A DNA stretch of 60,768 nt, filler included, from Jimgerdemannia flammicorona (taxonomy: Eukaryota), in the NCBI GenBank assembly GCA_003990765.1. It is 3 parts of 3 records of this genome, joined end to end, with 100 filler letters (N's around TTAATTAATTAA, not from the genome) between each part and the next. Parts side by side here need not be neighbours in the genome. Positions count along the whole stretch, not along the records: positions 40,587 to 60,768 come from RBNJ01001740.1; 2 more parts are not named here. One strand, written 5' to 3'. Shown piece after piece: positions 50,020 through 60,768 of this stretch. Under the pieces are notes generated by a model. That model was not told the origin of the DNA. It did not search any database and saw only the letters and a list, made by a program, of their open reading frames with translations. Every line of letters starts with the position of its first letter. Position 1 is the first letter of the stretch. Position numbers and translations under genes: made by a program.

Positions 50020-52489
50020 AGTGCTGAATCTTTTAACATCTGCTAAGATTTCACTAATTGCGAAGATTCTAACATCTGCTAAATCTTTGCAAATGTTAAA
50101 GTTTCTGCACTTTGCAGAATATAGCTGCTATTTATGAGACTAAGCTATATTGGGAATTGGATTCAAGTACCATGATCAAATATCTAATTCTCCTGTTTCA
50201 TGTTACTAATTCAGATCAGCCATCACAATATATAAAAGACAAACACTCTGACAAAATCAAAAAGAATATAGAGATAAATAAAATTGACATCCAAGCTGTA
50301 GTGGGTACATTTATCTAATTGCCTGACCATTTCTGTATCAATAACCCCATTTAATTAAAAATATTTAGCCATACTCTTCAGCAAAATTTCGAAATTGGCT
50401 CATTCACTAGATTATATGTACAGACCAGCCATTCACAATCATTGAGAGTGATCAATTGCATAGTATCTTTGGTCTCCTCAAGTATGATTTATATTTGCCA
50501 AGTACCAATACTATTTGCAAAGATATCCTGGAGGTCTATAGAAAGGAGTATAATAATCTTCACCAGATACTTCAGATAAAATAAGGACAGTACTATAACC
50601 TTTGTAAGCTAAATTATATATATATTTTTATAAAGAGCTCACCAATTTAACCTCACATTCAATAAGCAGAATTTAGTAGGCAAAATTTTGTTTATAATCA
50701 ATATATGGATATCCTCCAATACAATTTCATTTCTGGACATTACCAGTTATTAGATTGACCTCAATTGGCAGCTTAAATCTCTCACCCTTGACTTTATCAA
50801 ACTTACTGACTCTTATTCTGGAGACAACATTGTAGATATTTTTATTAGTTATATCTGGGAGCTTGGGATCACAACTAAAGTAAAAAAGGAGAGCTTGCCA
50901 TCAGGTCAGTATTTTGAGAGAGGTTCTAAAACAAAACAGATTTTATTGGTTATTTATTTTCATATAAATTTGCTGACTGAATATTTCAAGTATAGATTTT
51001 GGCCATTACAATAGACAATACTACAAATAACTCAATATTTTTCCAAGTTTTAGTAGCTAGCCTCAAATAGGAAAATATAACCTTTAGTACAGAAAACTAT
51101 TGTATATAATATCAGACTCACATACTGAACCTCACTGTTTAAGACTATCTTATATATATAGATAAAATATCTGAAAGAGGAGAGACTCTGAGTATAATTT
51201 TCAAGCTATACAAACTAGTTGTATTAGTCTAATCATCTTCACAACAATGAGACAAATTCACTATACAGTATAGAGCAATCAGTTTAGTTCCAAAAGAGCT
51301 TATATTAAATGTCTATATATATTGAAACTCAATATTTACAATGATCCAGTGTGTGCTGGAGTTTGCTATGGTATGTGTTCTTTTTTCTTCAGTTGGCTGA
51401 AGTAACTTATTTTGGATGATTGAAGATTTTTTTTTTAAAAAAAAAACAAAAAACAAAAAAAGCCAATAGATTCAACAGTGGCTACTGATAAGGAAATACA
51501 GGACAAGGCTTTAGGTGAAAGTAAGTGAGATATACTTAGAAATGTTGTTAGAGTTTTGGAAGTAAGTAGTGATTGCTCTGGCTCTACAATTGTTTTGTCT
51601 ACCTCTGCATAATACAATACCTTATCACATATAACTGCCAGTGTTTTGATGATTGTACAAAGGATATAGTCAAACAAATGACCCTGACAATAAGCTCTGC
51701 AATATCAGTATACAACCTTCTGATTGACTTACTAGAGGACAAGCTTGAGGACAGGCTGGAGGGTTGTAGTAATTTATAGTTAAGCTCAAATCAGAGAGAT
51801 GCTGTAGAGGTTGCTCTAAGCAAGCTCAGAAAACATTACTCAAAAACAAATCCTGCCATATACTCAATTAGTACAGATATGTCAGCATGTGGCTGTTGCC
51901 CCTGTCAAAATAGAGAAATCTCTGCAAAACTTACTCTCTTTTCTCCAAACAGTGCTGGACTTATGCTTAAAGCTATAATACCATAAAGATCAGAGCTGGG
52001 AGCAGCACTTTATTGAGAAAACCAAGTAGGCTGTAATCAAAGTGTACTAGAAAAACTATGCACCACTGTAAAATTCTGACCAAAGTCTGGATGAATATGC
52101 CAAGAGATCCCTCTTATCTTATATTTACTTCAGTAGAAAGAAGAAGAGGGAGCCATCAGTGGAAGAGCTGTCATTAATAGATGAACTTACCATTTACTTT
52201 ACCAGCAATCACATGATCCTGCTGGAGGGTACAGAGGTGCTCAACTGGTGGAAGGTGGGTTGTCAGACAGGCATTGGGCCAATTTAACCCACCAATCTAA
52301 CCACTACTCTACCTACTAGGGTATGTAGCTATATCAAATAGACTTTCTCAGTCTATATAGTGTGGCTTAGGACTATCTGGTGATTTCTGTCTCTAGCACT
52401 TTTTTTTTTTTTTTTTTTTTTCTTTTATAGTCACTTGAACTCTGCCATTTATTACCCATCTATTAATAAGTTTACAGGATACCCTCCCC

Positions 52490-55400
52490 CTACCTGATCC
52501 CCATAGGGGTGCCATTTCCCCCATCTACACAAACAAAGACCACTTTCTCACCTGCAACTCTAACCCTCCCCTCACTCTGTCTACAGATTTTCTCTACCAA
52601 ATGATGCCTTCGACCCCCCTGCAACTCTCAACCAAGCCACCAGCCCATCAAGGTGTCTTCCATAAGGCCATGCCACCTCAGCAGCTTGACCTCTGAGTCA
52701 AGTCTCCTCCCATTCTCAAAAACAAATAACCAGTGACTGGCCAGTCCCACCCAAATGGCCAAAGCCCAGCCTAATGTCAGCTATTCCTTCCCCACCCCCC
52801 CCTCCAGTCTATCCCTTAAGTCCTCCCATTGCCCCCACATGCCCACTCCCCTACACACTACCCCTAAATGATCTCCAATGTTCTGCCAAAAGGGACTAAG
52901 TACCTTACACTCTCCTAACCAATATTCAGGCATCTACATATATCTCTCTTCCTGTCTTACATTAAAACACTCCTCACAGTTGAAGCAATCTCCCTCGATA
53001 AGGTGACCTGAGCAGAAGTTGAGCATGACATTCCACCTCAGCACATGCCACCAGACTACCCAGTACTTTAGCAGCAGCTACCTCCTCACCTTGACACTCC
53101 AGGCCCAAATGCTATGCCAGTCCCACTCCTTGCTGATTCCAACTCCCTGTCAACTACTAGGCCACAGGTCCTGGCCTGGTCCCCATTGGCATTCAATCCC
53201 ATCACCAATGTCAAACTCAACAAAGGGAATGCCACCCAGTAACACTCAGTCCCATCTCCACATTGCTGGGTCCCAAGCTACCTTCCCTTCATTTCCCTGC
53301 CACCTAATTCCAATGTGGTGTACCCCCTCTACCACTCCCCACCAGAAACCTTTGTATCACAATTGTTCAGTGTTCTGAAGGCCCATGAGTGCTAGGAGAT
53401 CACCCATTGAACCCCTTGGAGAGGACCTCATCTCCCAGACTTTCTGCAGTAGGGAGACCCAACCACCCCCTCTCAACTCCATTGCTCTCTTCAGCCACCA
53501 CACTCTCAAGCAGTGCAGCCTCTTAGAAAAGTCCACCAGCCCAAGTCCCCCACTTGCCACTGGTAAGGACAAGACCTTCCAGCTGATCTGACTCCACCTC
53601 CAGCCCAGATCCACCCCTTGGCCAGCTTCATCAATCACTTCACCACCCAAGCTGGGAAGTCCAGATGATAAGCCAGATACCACAACTTCAGCAGCCAATA
53701 GACATTCAGAATCAAAATGCATCCTGCCAGAGACAGTTGGCGACCCCCCCAACTCTGCAGGGCCTCCTCCCAGATGCCAACCTACTGCTCTTACCAAAGT
53801 CTGGGCAGAACTAACCCATATACTGACAGATAAATATCCAAGTACCATACTGCCTCACCAGCAGGGACAATGGTACCAATAATCTCCCCTCCTACCAGAC
53901 TATTGCCTAACACCATTGTTTTGTACTAAGCCTAGCCCTAGAGTTCACCTCATACCACTCCACTGTCTCCTTGAGCTTCTCCACATCTATAATTGAACCC
54001 AGGCCAACCACCATATCATCTGCAAATGCCCCTACTTTCCACCCAATGCCAAAGATAGAGAGCCCCACTATCTTCTGCCTAATTCTGTCAATGAAGGGCT
54101 CTAGAGAAAGAGCATACAAAATGGGGGACAGTGGGTCCCCCTGGGGCACCCCCCTATCCAGGGGAAATGCTACCCCTCTGTGCCCATTACACATGAGTGC
54201 TGCCCTACTCCCTTCCAGTAGGCTGACCATGGCTGTCCTGAACTGGTGCAGAACCTCAATCCTATCCAATACTTTCGCCAGCCAGACTCGCTGCACTCGG
54301 TCATAAGCCTTCTCCTGGTCCAGGAAGACCAGATTCCCATCTAGTCCACTGGCTTGTACCCCTTCAATAACTCCATGAACCCATACTGTACCATCCCTGA
54401 TGAGCCAGCCTCCCACAAAGCCCCTCTGCTCCTCACCCAGAACTTGCTAGGCCACCTTTTGCAACCTTGTGACCACAACCTTGGTGACCAACTTTCTGTC
54501 CATATCCAGTAGCATAATCAGCCTCCAGTTCTTCCAGTCCTCTCACCTTCCTTTGTTCTTATAAAGCAATGTCACCAGCCCCAGATCCTGGTCTCCAACC
54601 CATCTTCCTATCTATAGAATCTAATCACACAGTACTGTCATCTCTCCCAGTACTCCTGGGACTCCCACCATCTTTTTCCAGAAGTCCCAGGGCAGACCAT
54701 CCTCCCCAGACATCATACCCAAAGTTGTCGCAGCAAGAACCTGGCAGATCTCCTTCTCTTGCACTAGCAGTACTAAGTCACCCAGCCCATCAGCTTGTAT
54801 AGGGTGCCAATCCTCCAATGCTTGGTCAATATCCTCAGTATCTGCCCCACCCTCCTCCTCACTCCACAATCCACTCCAATGCTCCTTTAATGATCCAAGA
54901 ATGTCTTGTATGCCATGCACCAGTATACCATCAGCATTAAGCACCCCCTCCCACCTTTATTGCACCCTTCTTGCCTGAAGGGCTCTTGTGAGAAACTTTG
55001 AGGGCCTCTCTCCTTCCTCCAACCCCTACTAATGAAGCCGTGCTGCCAGACCCTGGACCCTTGCCTCTTCCTCATTCCGCAGCACCTGTTGTAGTTCAAC
55101 TACCTCTATTCTTACCCTTATCAATCTCCAATTCTCCTCCCCCTCCAACATCACTAATCTTGCCCAGTCCTCCAAGAGTCTGGATAGTCTACTAGAAGTC
55201 CACTGCACCCACTACCTCCTCTGTTTCCCAGCCTCCTTACCAGCCTCACTCCAGAAGGTTCTGGCCATCTCCTTCATCCTCATCCACCGAATACCAACTG
55301 GGGCACCTTCCTGCCTCCAGTACTCCACTCACAGTTGAATATCTTCAGCCCACTCATCCCACTGGATCCTATCATTTAGTAAGGAGGAATTGAGATGCCA

Positions 55401-56135
55401 ATGTCCAGGCCCATCCCCACACCCCCCAAAATACCCCTGCCCTAAAAGCCCCCAATGATTTGACCAAGGACACCATTCCATCTCCAGCGATTTCCAAACA
55501 TCCAAGCCCCAGCAGCTGGCTATCAGAATCCAATCAATCCTCATCTCCAGGCCTCTAGCCCAGTGTGTGTATATCCTCCTATCCCCCCAGCATTCTCTAC
55601 CCATATCCACTGGAGCACTCAGTCTTTCCACTTCCTCCCATGTTGCCAGTCCTCCACTCCAACCCTCAACTCCTCGTCCTCTATCAGTTCTATCCCTCAA
55701 TACATCTCAGACCATATTGAAGTCCCCACCAAGCATATCCACTCTAATCTCCATAAGAATTCCACTCTCCTATAGGTCCTTCACCCAATTCACACACTCA
55801 CCCTGTACTGCAGAGCAGTAATAGGAGCCCACTGTTACTGGCTCCCAACCTTTGCATATCCACTCTCCCCAGACCAATCTATCCCCCCAGCTCTGCAAAT
55901 TCCTTATCTCCCCTCTGCCTTTCCACACCAGAATCCCAACCTTGTCCTTCCAGACTGCCTCACCTCCCCACTCCTTTGTCTATTCTAGTCTATCTAAGTC
56001 ATCCTCACACCGGACATCCTGCAAGAGGAAGAGATCAGCCTCCAATCCCTTCAGTCAAGTAAAAATGTTCTTATGTTGATAAGCATCCTGTAACCCATTC
56101 ACATTCAAAGAAAAAATATTGGTTATACTATTCAT
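52490..56135 (-). pseudogene. LINE ORF2: APE endonuclease, reverse transcriptase, C-terminal Cys/His region
   Basis: IFSLNVNGL, RIDWIL, NHWGL, LDQEKAYDRV, RGVPQGDPLSPILY, AFADDMV, GGLGLVD; contains stops and at least one frameshift. Confidence 0.92.
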
Positions 56136-56165
56136 AGTAAAAAATAGTATATTATTAAGCCCTCT

Positions 56166-58190
56166 CTACTGCTCTATATTCATCTCCTCCTGTACCAAGT
56201 CCAGATTGTGTTCCATGGTCACTGCCTCCTCTTCAGCCCTCTGAGCCTCCAGTTCAGCCAACAGCTCATTTATCTTCCCATCTGCCTTCTCCTTGAATTC
56301 CTCATGATACTCCAGGCAGGCTTTCTGTCAGAGCTGCAGTCCATGATGCTTGGTCCAGCAGTATTCAGCCCTCTCTCCTGTGACTCCTGCCATCTCTGTC
56401 TCCCACTCCTTATATACCTCATAACTCTCCTCCTCCAAATATACTGCAAGAATTTCTGCCTTCAAAGCCATTACCACCCCCTCCCCCTGAAGGATCCTCA
56501 CCCAATACTTGTCACTCATAACCCTCAAATCCACCTCTCCCAGCTTCTTGGCCACCAGGTTGTTCATCATCCTGCACATCCAAAGGAGGTTCCCCACCTC
56601 CTTTCCTCCAGGGGTCACCGGCCTCCCACCATCCAGTATTGTAGTGTCAGCCCCAGCACTCATAGTCTCATCCCACTCCTCTGGGACATCCACCAGTTCC
56701 TCCTCACCAACTGCCACCACTTGTCTCTCTTTTGCCACCTCCGGGACTCCAAATTGCACTCACTGGGCCCCCCACATCAGTACATCCTCCACCACCCTGC
56801 TTTGGGAAGCTGGACCCCATCTGATAAGGGGAGTAGGGGTAGGGGAGTCCTCCTATATCTCATCTCAAACCTCCAGTATACCATCTGCATATGGGTCCTT
56901 ACCAGTCACCTTCCTGTCCTTGTCAGTCCCCTTCTCAGCACTCCCACTTCCCTCACCTGCCCAGATACTCACTTTGGTCCCCCCTGTATCCACCATCCTG
57001 TTTGTATCCTTCTGAGGTCCCCCCTTCATCTTCGCCAGCAGTTCCCTCTGTCTCTTATGTCTCTGATCTTATTTCCACTGCACCTTGCTCACTCGAATCT
57101 ATTTCCCATCCACTACCTCCAAGTACATTATCTCCTCAAAGACCCTCCAAGCTCTTGCCTACCATTTCACTGCACCACTCAACTCTTCCAGTGCCTCCAA
57201 TAAGTCCTCTTCCTCCTCCTCACTCCTCTTCACCCTCATCATCTTACACACAATCACCCCCCAGACCATACCAGAAGGCCAGTCCCTTGCCTTCCTAGTG
57301 GCCTCCTTCCCTACCAGCCGGATCCTCACATCTACATCTCCAGTTCTGAGCGAGGTCCCCTCCCAGACTCTGAATCCAATATCCACCACCTCTCCATACT
57401 CTGCTATGACCTCCTCAACTCTCTTTCTTGTCTCCATTGCCATCACTGTGGGCACCCCTTTCACCAGTAGTTGGACCACTCTGGGATCTCATTTTAGACA
57501 TTGTGCCATCAGAACACACACCTCCCCAACTATCAAACCAATCTTCAATACTTCCTCCAAAGGCTTAGCCTCCTCAAAGCCTACCTCCACTCCCTCCAGT
57601 CCCTTCAAAAACTTTACAGATGCTGCTCCAGCCACCTGCTTAGCAATCAGCCCCAGTACCATTTTTGCCATCACTGCTAGGCCCTGGAAGTACAGTGTCA
57701 CTGTGAATGCCAAGATCGATTTCTTGAGTAACAGTACTACTGCCAGGCCTGTCACACCATCTGCCAAATCTCCTTGTCTCCTAGGCCCCAGTTGCTCAGC
57801 TGCACTATCCATAGTCACATCTGGATTTTTTTTCAGATTAGCAGTCCTGCCTCCATCAGCCATCACACTCCCCCCAGCCACTATACCTCCAGCCCCACTG
57901 CTCTCTCTGCCAAGGGCTACTCCCCCCTATACTGTCACCTTCTCCATTTCCTTGCCTTTCCTTAACCAACCCTCCAGCCCTGACATCTGCCTTCTCCCCT
58001 TTACCATCTCAGTAAAGCTCGCCCTCCCAGATCCCTGTCCTCTACCACTGCCTCCTTCTCTTTCGTGTCCACCTGCCAGCAGCCCCCTCATACCTCCCCT
58101 CAGGCCAGGGCCTCTCCCCACATGCTGCCAGTTGAATGCACTTGGGCCACTCTGCCCAGTATGTACCTCAGATTGTCTATCAGTTACCAT
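56166..58190 (-). pseudogene. LINE ORF1 (~674 codons), RRM-like region
   Basis: Track ORFs starting 58190, 57881, 57479 and 56759 all lie in one frame; VQLLVKGVP..EYGEVVDI..RTGD resembles L1/Tx1 ORF1. Confidence 0.75.
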
Positions 58191-58551
58191 ATTGCTAGTC
58201 TCTTTTCTTCAAAAACGATGTTGTAGTTGCTTTCTAAAAGTTGTGTAACCTGAGAGATACTGGAGAGAGTGCTGGTCTCCAGCACTTCTGTTGAGTGAGT
58301 GTTCTCAGATAGGGTGGACCTGCCTTAAAGAGATATATACTGAATGCTGAGACAATCTGAACATATATGTGTCTGAAGTCTTGGTGGAGCTTGGGCAGCT
58401 AAAATTCAGCAGATCCTGGGGGTTTGCAGATAAGTTGGTTGGTCTTGTGGAATATTTAATATCTTTCAAAAATAAAAGAAAAAAAAACCTGAGAACTTGG
58501 CCTAGAGTTTGCAGCCCAAGTGGGATAGTAATCAGTGGGGTTGGTGATGGT

Positions 58552-59099
58552 GAAGAGAGTGTACAAAATTTGTAGCCCTCTGCCAGTAGCAAGAGGTAGT
58601 CCCAAGCTATCAGTACCCAGGTCAGTGGGCAGATTGGTGAGCATGGGGTCAGCAGAGAGAGCATGCAAAATTTGTGGCTCTCTACCAGCAGCAAGAGACA
58701 GCTCCAAGCTGTAAGTGTCTGAGATAGGGGGATTGATAGAGGGGTGGGGTAGGTGGAGAGAGCATGCAAAATTTGCAGCCTTCCACTAATAGTGGGAGGC
58801 AGCCCTAAGTTGTCAGTGCCCAGATCAGTGGGCAGGATCAGTTGGTGGAGTTGGTGGGCATGGGGTTGACAGAGAGAGTGTGCAAAATTTGCAGCCCTCT
58901 ATTGGTAGCAAGAGGCAGCCCCAAGCTACAAGTCTGGGATAGGTAGGGCAGACAGAGAGAGTGTGCAAAATTTGTAGTATCAGTAGCATAGGGCTCCCCC
59001 CAGCAGTCTATATCTAGACCAGGGGTTGACAGGGTTGGTAAAGAGAGTATACAAAATTTGTAACCCTCCATCAGTAGCATAGAGGTAGCCCCAAGCTGC
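58552..59099. repeat. Six degenerate 83-117-bp units with a GAGAG-(Y)R(Y)GCAAAATTTG core, likely hAT subterminal repeats
   Basis: CAAAATTTG at 58564, 58666, 58766, 58883, 58966 and 59052. Confidence 0.8.
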
Positions 59100-59128
59100 C
59101 AAGGAGTCTAAGTCCAGATCAGAGAGTG

Positions 59129-59222
59129 CTTTTGGTAGTCAAAGGGTACTTCTGGTAGTCAGAGGGTACTTCTGGTAGTTGGAGGGCATTTCTGGTAGTT
59201 GGAGGGTGCTTCTGACAGTTGA
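59129..59222. repeat. ~5 x 20-bp tandem repeat (TTCTGGTAGTCAGAGGGTAC-like)
   Basis: Directly visible; a separate ~3 x 21-bp repeat lies at 59411-59470. Confidence 0.8.
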
Positions 59223-59566
59223 AATCTACTACAGATTCAGGTCTTATTGCCAGTTCAAGTCCCATGAGCACCCTGGCTCTATGCTACAGTACCATACTAG
59301 CAGTACTACAGAGCAGAGCCAAGGAACTGGTAGGGTCTAGCATAATGGCTAAACTAGTGCTACAGAAGAGGTACCCAGCTGCTAGCCCAACTCATACAAA
59401 ATGACTGCTGAACCTTTATAAAAGATTGTCTAACTCTTATGAAAGATTGCCTAACCCTTACAAAAACTGCTCCACCTGCTAGTCTCAGGTCTTGATGAGT
59501 CTGATATCTATTGTAAATATAATGACTGTTATGTCTAAGCTCTCCTCAAAGATAATAGTGCAATGA

Positions 59567-60745
59567 CCCTTTTTCTGCTATCTTACTAGTCACAAGGTTT
59601 GGTAGGTAATCTTCCAAGTCCCCTTTCCCCTATTATTACCCCCTCTACCTCAGGTTGGTTTGCTGTACCTATATAGGTATGGTGAGAAGAGGGCAATGGT
59701 GATGAGTTGTCCCTTTATTAGTGTCTGATCAGTGTCTTCTTCACTTTTTCATAGTTTCTGGTGTCTTCGGCTGCATCTGGAGTGCATCTATTTTGGTGCG
59801 GTACCTTCTTTCTTTTGCCATCGCCAATAAGGTGCTGTCTCAGTATTTCTTGGGCTATGTAGAGAGTCAGCCAACCTTAGACATCAAGTGCTCAGTGTAG
59901 GTTACCTGCAGGTCCTTGGTGCCTATGGTGGGGTCCTCTGGCTTTGGCAAGCTTCCTGGTGAGCATGGTTCTGGTATAGGGGACTGCTTTTTGGGTGTTG
60001 TTGAGATAGGAGGGGAGATGGCCATTACAGATAGGAGGAAGAGTGATAATGGTGAACCAGTAGGGTACTAGGCTGGGGGCAGTCATCAGGGCTGGGGCAG
60101 ATGCTGCTTCAGTGGGGCCTTTTGATTGATGCAGCATGGTTAGATAGTAGGTGTCACTCTCAGCTTCTTTTGGCAGGTTGGTGGGTTAGACCCTGATCAT
60201 CAGAGGGGGTTAGGGGGTCTGAGGCTACCCATTTTAGATATCTTGGTTGCACTCAACTGGAACTGAGAGCTGACATAGCAACATGATCAAGGCCTGCAGG
60301 CTTGAGTAGTGGGGTATTGGGGGTCTCCTCCCGCCTCATATATAAGTCCTTTACTCACCTTGACTGGGAGAACCAGGCCCTACCCACCATGTTGTACTTT
60401 GATAAGGTTTTTTTCTTTATCTGTCATTCTCTTTGGGGTGGCAGGGGCTATTCTATTCAGCTCGAGTGTGGCCTTATACATATATTGGGTTCTCAGGTGT
60501 GTGCTTTCAGTCATTGGCATATGGTTGGGTTTTCCCTGGTAGTAGGGAGAGCATGGTGTGCAGAATGAGGTGCAGGCCAACATAGGCCCTGCTGTACCTA
60601 GTATGGTCAAGCTGCTGAATAATAGCTAGCCTAGGTTAATGGGGGGGCAGTGCTTGGTAGGTGGTGGGGGAGGGTTTTGGCCTATATAGTCTAGATTCCC
60701 TTCCAATAAAAATCTGCAGGACATGAGTTCGTTAAAATAAAAAAA
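59567..60745 (+). mobile_element. Retroposon S copy 4
   Basis: Colinear with 29780-30960; ends AATAAA...GTTAAAATAAAAAAA; 5' boundary uncertain, no TSD seen. Confidence 0.85.
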
Positions 60746-60768
60746 GACGGGCATAACGAGCAAGACGG

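Larger units (their letters stand above)
52401..58274 (-). mobile_element. Full-length L1/Tx1-like LINE (~5.9 kb) with poly(A) tail and ~13-bp TSD
   Basis: Poly-T from 52401; TSD GTCTCTAGCACTT (52389-52401) vs GTCTCCAGCACTT (58275-58287); AATAAA on minus at 52448-52453. Confidence 0.92.
50380..58402 (+). pseudogene. hAT-family transposase remnant with several spliceosomal introns, split by a LINE
   Basis: IICTDQPFTIIES; GKILFIINIWISSN..IDLNWQLKSLTLDF; ILAITIDNTTNN; HILNL; VLNWWK; DYLVISVSST|SVE*VFS..LNAETI*TYMCLKSW (C-terminal dimerisation domain); GT..AG introns such as 50604-50669, 50880-50995 and 52255-52319. Confidence 0.88.

Noticed and set aside
50020..50380. Possible hAT left TIR or host gene
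   Set aside because: Only short AACATCTGCTAA repeats are seen; no inverted match to the right end and no recognisable protein
56208..58248. Long plus-strand ORFs (331 aa and 387 aa)
   Set aside because: Antisense shadows of purine-rich LINE ORF1 with low-complexity Ser/Pro/Leu/His composition
58552..59099. CRISPR-like repeat-spacer appearance
   Set aside because: Repeats are degenerate, the linkers are related to each other and variable in length, no cas genes are present, and the context is eukaryotic

Overview
This is a eukaryotic, most likely fungal, transposon graveyard with no recognisable host gene. It consists of three contig segments joined by artificial N44-TTAATTAATTAA-N44 linkers. 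It holds nested, mutation-degraded copies of three Ty3/Gypsy LTR-retrotransposon families: A (chromovirus, ~2.06-kb LTR), B (chromovirus, ~0.8-kb LTR, 4 copies) and C (no chromodomain, 2 copies). It also holds L1/Tx1-like LINEs (one full length with a TSD), four copies of a ~1.2-kb poly(A)-tailed non-autonomous retroposon (called S here), and an intron-containing hAT transposase remnant. Almost all ORFs are broken by C>T/G>A transitions (CGA>TGA, CAA>TAA, TGG>TAG). The main result comes from repairing those stops by eye. All three Gypsy families carry a dUTPase, an adjacent C-x-H-x12-C-x2-C module, and an extra 3' accessory ORF. The three accessory proteins share an ungapped motif. In family A this 365-codon ORF lies wholly inside the U3 of the LTR, a nef/sag-like layout. 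Families A and B also share an unexplained pre-Gag domain. Family labels are mine and no database search was possible.
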